From Sminthopsis crassicaudata (Eukaryota): a DNA stretch of 64,000 nucleotides. Numbering within the stretch: position 1 is the first letter of the stretch; every line of letters begins with the position of its first letter. The notes beneath the pieces were generated by a model. The model ran no database searches and was not told the origin of the DNA. It saw nothing but the letters and a program-made list of their open reading frames with translations. The stretch covers positions 344,797,765 through 344,861,764 of the forward strand of contig NC_133620.1 in NCBI RefSeq assembly GCF_048593235.1, in the 5' to 3' direction. A program made the translations under genes and the position numbers. Positions 54,311-64,000 of the stretch are shown here, piece by piece.

Positions 54311-54559
54311 CTGGAACCAATGTGAGTGAGGCAAGGTCAGGGTTTCTACTTTTACCACCCCCAACCTCATAATCAGCTCCCTGTACTGGCTCAGAGACCT
54401 GTGAGGCTTGTCAATATTTCCTAGGGTTTCCTTTACTCTTTACAACAGTTGGGCAAATTTGTCCTCTCTCTTGCCTCAGCCCCTCTCTGACACCTCTAAG
54501 AGTGACAGATGCACCTTTGGCATAGGCATTGCTCCTAGACCAGCACTGCCTTGGCTCAC

Positions 54560-54731
54560 CCTTCAGAATAGTAAATGGAGAACAGCCGTGGTCGAAGAGA
54601 GGCCAAATAGTCGTCCCGAAGCTTCTTGCCAAAACTTGCATTTACAAGGTCTACCAGTCGCTTCTGATCCAGCTTCTCTAGGCTATCTACTCGAAGCATC
54701 CGCTCAGCATTCTTAAAGAGGGTCCCTGATC
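54560..54731 (-). CDS. NAGS: NAGS exon 5 (172 nt)
   Basis: [56 protein letters not shown]. Confidence 0.97.
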
Positions 54732-55021
54732 CTAGAACAGGGAAATAACAGGATAACTAAACTGCCCACTCCCCTCCACCACCCCTGCCCTGCCATGGAA
54801 AGTTAAGTGAGATTCCATTATTTCTCTCTTCCCCCTTCTCCCAATAATCCCAGAACTGCCCCCCTTCCCTAGGCTTATCTACTCCTTAGTGACCAAAGAG
54901 ATATTGCAATGAGCCTGCCTGGTGTGTTGCTACACATCTTAGTTGCCAATCTTAGATGCCCACTGGCACCTTGCAAGTGTTACACCCAAAGTTGTTCTCT
55001 CTCCCCACTGACCAGGCTTAC

Positions 55022-55202
55022 CCTTGTTGCTGAAGAGTTCTGTAAGCAAGGTATTGGCAGATGTTATAACAGCTGAGGCATCATGGGATAGTCGGCCCAG
55101 CACATCTACGATGAGCCGAATTTGCTGCTTCTCCTTGCTGCTCACCCACTGGGCATTTGTCACTAGGTCCAGGTCAGCTGGCAGGTTTACATTACTCAGA
55201 AC
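55022..55202 (-). CDS. NAGS: NAGS exon 4 (181 nt)
   Basis: [60 protein letters not shown]. Confidence 0.97.
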
Positions 55203-55837
55203 CTAAGGACAGGAGGGAGCAATGACTATCACCAACCCTTTGCTCTGAGCCCAAACCTTTCTCAGGAATTTCCCATAATGATCCTGCCATTGATTTTCTT
55301 GCCATCTTATTGAGTCCCTTTTCCATGGTAAACCCCCAAATTCAAGGGCTGGTCACATGAAATGGCACAATGGAGAAAGGAAAGCCAGAACTATACACAG
55401 ATTAATGTAAGAATCTTATCCAACTTGGGAGAGACTTGGAGTCTTTGTGGTTTTGGACAAACCATTTCCCTTTATCAGACATGGTTACCCTGTCAGTTGT
55501 TGACTTTGCATGTTATCTTTCTTTGTTAAATGGAAGGGTTGGATGGGGGTAGAATAAGGAATGTTAAAGGAAATGATTAGGATAAAAACAAAAAGCAGTG
55601 ATTAAACTTTAAAAAAAAAATTCAGAGGCTGGTCTGATTTTTAACAGGTCAAACTGACCCCTCTAAGAGAGGGAACAAGTGCAAGGTGAAAGGAGGCAAA
55701 TAAAAGGGGTCGACAAAGGATAATCAAATTTATGTGTTTACTTGGGTGAGACTGAGACAGGCATCAAAACTCAAGTTCTTGGGGTTGGAATCGGATAAAG
55801 AGGAGAATGTTTGAGTGGCAAGATGGATATGACCTAC

Positions 55838-56051
55838 CTTTTGATCAGCATCTCGGAGACCCCCAAAGGTATTGAGAAAGATGATCTTGGTGGGCAGCAG
55901 AGCCTTGGCCAGAGCAGCAGTGACCTCCAAAGAATTGAGTAGCACAGAGCGTCGGGCACCTGTCTCGCCAATAGGACACAGGATGGGGATGCTGTCCGAC
56001 TCCAGGCACCATTTTAGCAGGTCTGTCTCCACAGAGACAATACCACCATAG
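55838..56051 (-). CDS. NAGS: NAGS exon 3 (214 nt)
   Basis: [71 protein letters not shown]. Confidence 0.97.
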
Positions 56052-56402
56052 CTGCAGGTAAAAGTTGCAGTAGGGGCTCAGCTGTCTGGGGTTCCATAAC
56101 TCAGGGAGCAGGAGGGATAAATGGGTAAAGTACCAACTTACTCTGGTGTGTGGGGTGGTGGCAGGTTTGGAAATAGATGGATTTAGGAAGAGAGGGTACA
56201 ATTAACCTGGTATAGGCTTGTAAAGAAGAGCTAGGAAATAGTACTGGTAGGTTTAGGGGGTAGATTTGAGTCATCCATGGAACTCAAGAGAGTGGGTGCT
56301 ACATACAGCCATAGGCTTAATTGATAGAGTAGTAGTTAGTAGGTAATATGAAGCTTGCGTGTACCTAGGGCACTGTGGATGTGGAAATAAAAGGTTACTT
56401 AC

Positions 56403-56677
56403 GTGGCATGGGGGGCAGGTTCAGCAGCACTCAGCACAGACCCACCTCCAAAAAAGGGCACAGCTGTGGCTGCATTGTGTCGTAGAGAATCCACAAGGAT
56501 CTTACAGCTCTGAGCCATTTGGCCTTTGGCCTCCCAGAAGGAAAGGCAGCCAGAAGGTGCAGTGGGTGCCGGGAGTCCAAGAACCACAAGGGGCTTCATA
56601 TCCATCCGTTGCAAGAAGGCCAGGGCAAAGGCCAGACTTAGGACTGCCTCTTTGCACTTGAACACAGCTTCATCCAC
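56403..56677 (-). CDS. NAGS: NAGS exon 2 (275 nt)
   Basis: [36 protein letters not shown]...[17 protein letters not shown]. Confidence 0.97.
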
Positions 56678-57753
56678 CTTCAGAGGAGGAGGTGATGAGA
56701 GCATTGGGTACAACCCAGTCATCCTGGGCCACATCACACCTGTTACTAAGTGTCCATATCATGTGACCCAATGTTTTTACTATCCTTGACATTTAAGCCT
56801 TTCACTGTGTAATGTCAATGTCCTCCATCCCCTCCAAAAGTCTATACCAAGGTCCTCATACCTCTATGTCTCCCATATTCTACCACTATCTGCCAAGGTG
56901 TCCAATATCCATTGCTATCCTGCCCATTTGTCCTGGTCCCAATCCTCACAGTTTCTCTTCTCTGAGCTCTAACCATTCCCCATTCCCTTGTATAAGCCAT
57001 GGTGGGGCCTTCATTATGGCCCTAAAACGGCTGGAAGTTCTAGCATCTTTCAGGATCCTTTCCTTTTCTTCCTCCCAAACACAGGCCCAGCCTTCAGGGG
57101 CTCTGATTAGTCTGCACTTCTTCATTCCTGGACTGTGGCTCCGCCCTTCCTTCTCCCCATCTCACCATCTTATGCTTGTTTGCCTGCCACATTCCCCTCC
57201 CCCTGTTTAGAAGTGGCCTTGGACCCCAGGGTTTACATAGGGCAGGGTAGGTGGAGCACTGGTTGTTGGGGGTGGGCCAGAAACAGGCAGAATATTGTTT
57301 TGTCCTGTTTTTCCTTCCTCAACTGCCAGTACTTCTGAATCCAACCTTTTCTTTCCAGCTTCTTTTCTACTCCACTCATCTCTTTCTCACATGGTGTCCT
57401 GTAGCACCTACTTGTTGCCCAGTTTCCACTTTCCTGGCTTAGTTCTGCTCTTACTCTAATCTGGGAAGCATCCCACCCACTTACCCTAACAGTCAGGATG
57501 GGCCTATCAGCAGCAGGGATAGTCCCTTTTCAACCTTGCCCTCACCCTGCCCATCTGTAGGACTAAAGTTGATTGTACGAAGGCCCCATTTCTGTCACCA
57601 GGTGGCCTGTTAGGGGCCTCTCCAAGATAAGGAGTCGCATTAGTTTTGGCCCTGGCAGTCCCAACTAGTGATAATGGCAGGCTTCCGGTCGTGGTATACC
57701 AAACCCGAAATCGAAATATGTCAGTGTCGATTTCTTCCCAGGACGCCCCTCAC

Positions 57754-58233
57754 CTCGATGATGGCAAAAGGTTTGTCCGTCGAGTTATAGGTGGTCTGGA
57801 ACTGGGTAAGCCAGTGCCTCGCCTCCCCGGGGCTGGCCCCACATTCGGTCAGGAACGCCTGGATGTCCCGCTGGACCAGCGAGCGGCTGGAAGGTGGCGC
57901 GGGGGCCACGGCGGGTGGCTGCGGTGCCGGAGCGGCGGCTGGACCCGGGAGCGTAGAGGTTGCGGGTGGTCCCACTCCCGGAGGAGGCCCCTTGTCAACG
58001 GCCGCCTCTTCGGGACCTCGTTCGGCCTCCTCTCGAGGCAGCTGGGTCCGGACTCGGGCAGTACTGAGGCGGCGACCGGGGCTGACACCCCCAGATCCCC
58101 GGCGCCTGGCACTACTGCTGAATCTGCGGGCAACCCCCAGAGCCCAAAGCCGCGCACTTGACCCTGTCCCTATTCTTACTCCTGCGGCCGCTGCCTTTCC
58201 AGCCAGGGTCCGAGTCACCGGAGCTGTAGCCAT
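57754..58233 (-). CDS. NAGS: NAGS exon 1 (480 nt): mitochondrial targeting peptide, variable segment and start of the AAK domain
   Basis: MATAPVTRT...SPGRRLSTA...[44 protein letters not shown]; donor GTGAGG. Exons total 1659 nt = 552 aa plus stop. Confidence 0.97.
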
Positions 58234-58520
58234 GGCAACCCCTCCAGCCCCCCAGCCTGCTACAGTATGCTCCCGGCGCCCAGCTCGAAGGTGACTCTTA
58301 ACCTTCAGGGGGCGGGGTCCAGGCCTGGGGTAACTGCAGGGCGGAGCTCCCTGCGGAGTTCGGGTGAGGGAGAGGGCGGAACTCAGCTCCGAGACCGATT
58401 TGGGGCGAGGTCAGGAGGAGGGGCCCGGAGAGGAGCCACCCAGGTGTTCCATCCCTCCCAGTCTCCAGCTTACGGACAACCCAGCCAGTCCCAAATCATG
58501 CGGTCCGTGAGATAAGGCGG
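58234..58520 (-). promoter_or_regulatory. NAGS: NAGS GC-rich proximal promoter
   Basis: Several GC boxes (GGGGCGGGG at about 58308, GGGCGG at about 58339 and 58374) and no TATA box, consistent with the Sp1-driven mammalian NAGS promoter. Confidence 0.7.
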
Positions 58521-58980
58521 TGGGAGCAAGGCTACCTTTGATCTGCTGCCAGGGTCGGTTCCAGGAACAGAACCGGAGGGAAGTCTGGTGGCGGGGGTGG
58601 GACCGAGAAAGAGATTGACGGTGGGTGGGAGGGGAGCTGAGGGTCGAGGGACTGAAGGAGAATTGCAGAATTAGGGTAGAGATTAAGAGGATGTTGGAAA
58701 TTAAAAGTTCCCAGACCCTCTTCGTTGGCTTCCTCTAGACCTACGAGAGGGGATAAGTGGAGGGGACCGAGCTGGGATAAGGATTGGGACAGGAGTCAAG
58801 GATAGGGAGGGGAAGAAGGGACAGGTTTGAGGAGGAGTGAACTGGAGATTTGCGGGGGCGGGGTTCGAAGGTTAATCACTCCAAGTTTCCTTTCCTCTCC
58901 TCTCCCCTGGAATTCAGGATTGCCTGGTTAGGGAATAACCACTTGGTCCCTACTCTCCAAGATTTGAGTGGGCCAGTGGG

Positions 58981-59762
58981 ATAATGACAATTTGGAGCTA
59001 TGCCCAAAGGGCTATCAAATTGTACATACCCCTTGATCCAGCAGTGTCTCTACTGGGTCTGTACCCCAAAGAGATCATAAAAAAGGGAAAAGGACCCACA
59101 TGTGCAAAAATGTTTTTAGTAGCCCTTTTTTGTAGTGGCAAGAAACTGGAAACTGAGTGGACGCCCATCACTTGGGCAATGGCTTAAATAAGTTATAGAA
59201 CATGGATGTTATAGAATATTATTGTTCTATATAAGAAACAATCATCAGGTCGATTTTTAAAAATCCTGGAAAGACTTACATGAACTAATGCCAAGCGAAG
59301 TAAGTAGAACCACGAGAATAGGATTATGTGATGATCAACTATGATGGATTTGGCTCTTTTCAACAATGAGGTGATTCAAAGCAATCCAATAGACTTGTGA
59401 TGAAAAGAACTCCACATCCAGAGAGATGACTATGGAGACCGAATGTGTATCACAGCATATTTTCACCTTTCTTGTTGTTTGTTTGCTTATTTTTTCTTTC
59501 TAATTTTCCTCCTTTTGATCTGATTTTTCTTGTGTAGCATGATAAATATGGAAATATGTTTAGAAGAATTCTACATGTTTAACCTATAGTGGATTACTTG
59601 CTATCTAGGGGAAGGGGGAGGGAGGGAGAAAAATTGGGAATATGAGATTTTGCAGGGTAAATGTTTAAAACTATTTTTGCAAAAAACAAAAACAAAAACA
59701 AAAAAAAAACTACCTTTGCATGTATTTTGAAAAATAAAAACCTATTTTTATTTTTAAAAAAG
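58981..59762 (+). mobile_element. LINE-1 3' fragment
   Basis: TIWSYAQRAIKLYIPLDPAVSLLGLYPKEIIKKGKGPTCAKMF (ORF2p), then 3' UTR and A-rich tail. Confidence 0.92.
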
Positions 59763-60145
59763 ACTCAGGGGATATTCATAGTTAGGGGCTGGGATAAGGA
59801 GCAAATGATTGATCATAGATGTAAAATGCTTGGCAAACTCCAAAGCATAATATAATAGCTATTATTACACAGCAAAAGAGATTGAGGAGAAGTGGTTGGA
59901 AAGGAAGGAAGAGAATCAGAAGAGTATAGTGTCACAAAAACCCAGAGAGGAGAGAGTGTTCAGGAGAGGGTAGGCAAGAATGAAGCAGAAAAAGCAAGAA
60001 GAATGACTGTCAGGACTGGAAATTAAGTGAGCAATGATAATTTTGGAGTGATCAGTTTCAGATCAGTAATGAGGGAAGAATACCAGAATACCAGGGGTTG
60101 AGAAGTGGTAGAGCAGGAGACAAAATGAGGTCACAAATTTATACA

Positions 60146-60575
60146 TGTATTTTTTTTTTAATCAAAGCTTTTTATTTTTCAAAACATATGTATGGACAAT
60201 TCTTCAACATTAGCCCTTGCAAAACCCTGTGTTCCAATTTCCCCCCCCCCCTTTCTTCATGCCCTCCCCTAGATGGCAAGTAGTCCAATATTTGTTAAAC
60301 AGGGTAGAAATATATGTTAAGTCCAACATATGTATACATATTTATATAATTACCATATCAAATAAGGAAAAAAGAAAAGCAAAATAAAATGCAAGCAAAA
60401 AGAAGAATGAAAATGCTATGTTGTGAACCACATTCAGTTACCACAGTCCTCTCTCTGGGTGTAGATGGCTATCTTCATCATTGAACAGTTGGAATTGGTT
60501 TGAGTCATATCATTGTTGAAGAGAGCCATGTCCAACAGAATTGATCATTGTATAGTCTTGTTATTGCCGTTATAA
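60146..60575 (-). mobile_element. LINE-1 3' UTR fragment
   Basis: Similar to the 3' UTR of the L1 at 16929-17400 (CCCTCCCCTAGATGGC.., TCTTCATCATTGA..TTGGAATTG). Confidence 0.8.
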
Positions 60576-61694
60576 TCTAGAAAACGATGTATAACAGCCA
60601 GTTTGGCTGAGAAAGGGAAGAGACATAACTTGAGGGGATGTAGGATAAAATCATGGTTCTTTTTGAATGGCATGGGAGATACTTGGGTATGTTTAAAAGT
60701 AAAAGGGAAGGGACAAGCCCACACCTCTATGGCTAGACAGTGTGCCATTGACTTTGTAACTGTGTCTATCCTGAGTGGGAATCCAGCGTTACCTTTCAGC
60801 ACCCCTAGGTCAGGGATTGTTGTCACACAACCGGGACTCAGGAATTGTGCCTTCATCATATCATATTACAAGTTCTCTTGAGGTCAGAGTTTATTTCCCT
60901 ATTGTCAAAATGAAGGGAGAGGTTCTTTTTCCCCACCTGAATAAAATCTCCTTGGGACTGGGAACTGTCCTTTCCCTTTCAGAGCCTGGAGTTTACTGAA
61001 GGCAGGAAATAGCTTTGCTAAAGGGACTAATTATACCTCTTCTATTGAACTGGGATCTCCAAGATGGCAAGAACTGTCTCTCCCATCAGATTGGAAATCC
61101 ACCAGAACAGAGACTTATCTCACCTCTCAGAATAAGAGCTTCTTGGGCATACATATATGTTACATCTCTGTTAAAGTTAGACTGGAAACCACAAGGAGGT
61201 TTGATATTTGCTAATCACTTTCCTCACAACTACTTTGTAATGTAGGCAGTATAAGTAGTATTATACAGATGATGAAACAGCTCTTAGGTCAAGTGACTTG
61301 TTTACAATTACACGGATAAGAAATGTCAAAATGGGCACTTGAGCCTATGTGAATCTGGCTCCAAGATCAGTGGCCTTCTCACTTTTCTTCTTGTTCTTCC
61401 TTTAATAAACTTATTTTCTTGGTTTAATTGAATACCTTCTTTTGGATTTGTGCCCAGTGACTACAAAAGAATTCTGTAGGGAAGAAAATACTCATTAAGG
61501 GGCCAAAGAAGAACTTCTGATAGTAGCCTTTTTTTTCTTATGCTTAACCCCAATGAGGACATGTTGCCTCTATAGCTCCATCTTGCAGAAATGACCCTAA
61601 AGCTTCCCTGGTATATTGATCCCTTTCATGACCCTCTGTGGGATGGACCCACTTGGTGTCCCCAGACATAGTGCCCAGACCTCAGCTGAGAGAG

Positions 61695-61755
61695 GTTGTG
61701 CCTTTGGGCAGCCAATGGGAGGCAGGGATGGTCCCATAATCAATGATTAACCTGG
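61695..61755 (-). promoter_or_regulatory. NAGS: NAGS upstream (about -3.5 kb) liver enhancer core: HNF1 site plus NF-Y CCAAT box
   Basis: GGTTAATCATTGAT in gene orientation (61739-61752), CAGCCAATGGG (61709-61719) and a DR1-like TGCCCAAAGGCAC (61698-61710). Human NAGS has an HNF1/NF-Y enhancer at about -3 kb. Confidence 0.75.
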
Positions 61756-62745
61756 GCAACTTTCTAACCTCATACACCTAATACATGTTTCCCCCTCACA
61801 TTCTCTTTTTTTTCCTGTAGAGGGAGGAGAAGATCTGGTTGGGAGTCCTCCTTACTCAATTGGAGAGTAGATAAAGGGGCAGTGTTTCTAGTTGCCAAAC
61901 AAAACGTGAGTGGGGTCGGTGAACTTTAGTGAGACTTTCACTCCAAAGGGCAGAAAGAGATTGCTCCCCACCAGTTGCATAGTTGGTTTCTCTCTCTCTG
62001 TTTTTCTATCTCTGTGTCTCTTTCTCTCTCTCTCTCTCTGTTTCAGTATCTCTCTCCAGTAAAGCCAGAGAGAAGCTGAGACATGCAGTAGAAGTGCATC
62101 AGTTGAATTTCCTGAGCCCTGAAGCAAGGGAGAGACAATATGGTACAATGAAAAGAATGTTAGATTGAGTCAGAGCATCTGGGTTCAAATTCTGACTTTG
62201 TCACTTCCTACTTGTGCCTCAGTTTCCTTATCTGTAAAGGAGTTGAACTAAATTGCCCTCTAAAGTCCCAACTCTCAATCAATGATCCTATGACAAAGGA
62301 AAAGAGTATCAAAAAGGTTTCTACCATTGCAAAGGTCAAAGAAGATGAGTACAGAGAAAAAAGTCATTGACTTTGGGAATGAGCAGCTCTCTGGTGAATT
62401 TAGCACAGTGTAGTTTCAGTCCAGGATTGGGTACAGGAGCCATTTGACTAGAGGTAGAGGAGAAAGAGCAATGGAAAGGAACAGAAGTGGAAAAAGTGGA
62501 CTTGGAGGAATTTGTTGTGCAGTATAAAGATGAAGACAGGTTGATTGCTAGGGGCTTGTAGAGTTAAGTGATGACATTTCAAAAAAGAGTCCTGAGCTTT
62601 ATTGAAGAAAGTCAAGAAGTAACTACTAGGAAGTGAAGTCACTGAATATTGAAAATCGAATGATAAAGACCTCTTAAAGAGGGAAGCAAAGGAAACAAGC
62701 ATCTGTTAAGCACCAATTGCATGCCAGGCACTGTCCAATGCTCTT

Positions 62746-62888
62746 CCCCCTCCCCCCTGAGGCTGGGGTTAAGTGACTTGCCCAGGGTCACACAGCTAGG
62801 AAGTGTTAAGTGTCTGAGACCAGATTTGAACTCGGGTCCTTCTGAATTCAGGGCTGGTGCTCTATCCACTGCGCCACCTAGCTGCCCT
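62746..62888 (-). mobile_element. WSINE1-type SINE with target-site duplication and G-rich tail
   Basis: CAATGCTCTT at 62736-62745 and 62891-62900; tail GGGGGGAGGGGG on the minus strand. Confidence 0.92.
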
Positions 62889-62957
62889 TTCAATGCTCTT
62901 TATAAGTATTATTTTATTTGTTCCTCACAAGAATCCTGTGAGATAGGTGCTCTTTTT

Positions 62958-63154
62958 GTTGTTTAGTCAGTATCTGACCTATTTTGGGTTTTCTTGGTAG
63001 AAATACTGGAGCAATTTGCTCCAACTCATTTTAAAGTTGAGGAAACTGTGAAGCAAATGAATCACATAGCTAGTGTCTGAGACCAGGTTTAAACTCAGGA
63101 ATATGAGTCGTCCTGAATCAGGCCCAGAGCCCTGCCTTGGCACCTAGCTGCCCT
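62958..63154 (-). mobile_element. MAR1-type marsupial CORE-SINE
   Basis: RTE-like tail (GTTGTTTAGTC..GGGTTTTCTTGG..ATACTGGAG) joined to CORE (GAGGAAACTG) and a tRNA-like head (CACCTAGCTGCCC). Confidence 0.7.
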
Positions 63155-64000
63155 TATCTCTATATTATAGGTGAGGAAACTGAGGAAGAGAGAGAGGTTT
63201 AGATGACTTGCCCAGGGTCACACAGCTAGTGTCTGAATGGACATTTGAATACTAATCCTCCTGACTTCAGGGCCAATGCAGGGTAGTGTGTAGGGAGGAA
63301 TTTTGTGTGTGTGTATGTGTTGTATTGAAATATTGTATTTATATCTCTATTTTGAAGGATGTAAGGTTTGTGGTAAGGAATGTGTATATCTATTAAATTC
63401 TCATGAATAAGGATTTATCAAGCCTTACAAAGGACCAGGAATGATGCTAGGCTTTGGGGACACAAAGCCAATAAACAGTACCTATTCTTAAGGATCTCAT
63501 TTTTTTTTAAAGGAAAACTTTTCATTATTGAGATGTTTGTTTTCTGTTACCAATGGATTTCTCAGTGCTAGTTCCAACAAATAGTTAAGATTTTCTAGTT
63601 GAAGGAAATGTTATTACCCATATTGACCACATGGTGACGATGCTAGCCCAGTGTTGGCCAAGCCAGCCTGCCTCCCCAAGCGCAGGTTAAGGGAAACTTT
63701 CATTATTTATTATGTTTTTCCAGCATTTGGCCCCCAAGATAGGCTTGTAAATTCTGAGCTCGTAAATAAGTAATAAAATGAGCCTAGATTGTTTTATGGA
63801 GCCTAGTCCTTCATTTTCTAGTCCCTTTAGTTCTTAGGATTCGCCCACTATCTCCTTATCCCAGTCAAAGCATTTGTACCTTCCTTACCTCATTTCCCAT
63901 CTTCATTGCCTAGTCACTGTGATGGGTGAAATTTGAACTAATTGAAGAAACAAAGGTTTGAGCTTCTAAGCATATTGATTTGTTAAGCAATGCATGCTAA

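Noticed and set aside
57213-57575. Possible HNF4/RXR sites in NAGS intron 1 (TGGCCTTGGACC, GGACTAAAGTTGA), by analogy with the human intronic element
   Set aside because: Imperfect half-site spacing and matches; orthology cannot be established without an alignment.
58480-58520. Possible divergent non-coding exon (donor-like CC|GTGAGA) toward PYY, which neighbours NAGS in human
   Set aside because: Only a single donor-like motif; no PYY sequence is visible in the window.

Overview
Marsupial genomic DNA (probably a dasyurid or other Australian marsupial, judging by WSINE1-type SINEs, MAR1/CORE-SINEs and marsupial L1 3' ends). It is syntenic with the human 17q21.31 block LSM12-TMEM101-NAGS. Three complete genes can be built with canonical splice sites and correct exon phases. 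LSM12 (+, 5 coding exons, 195 aa) has a U12-type (minor spliceosome) intron 1. TMEM101 (+, 4 exons, 257 aa) and NAGS (-, 7 exons, 552 aa) are convergent, and NAGS has a recognisable HNF1 + NF-Y enhancer about 3.5 kb upstream. Two features are not explained by the ORF track. The first is a heavily frameshifted leucine-rich-repeat gene remnant between LSM12 and TMEM101 (about 42.57-43.11 kb, with a possible C-terminal cap at about 43.7-43.8 kb), a candidate unitary pseudogene. The second is a Tc1-type transposase fossil in LSM12 intron 2. Other content: L1, L2 and CR1 fragments, SINEs with target-site duplications, Tigger- and Charlie-like DNA transposons, candidate cryptic LSM12 exons, and four assembly gaps. 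Family names and human comparisons come from recall, not from searches.
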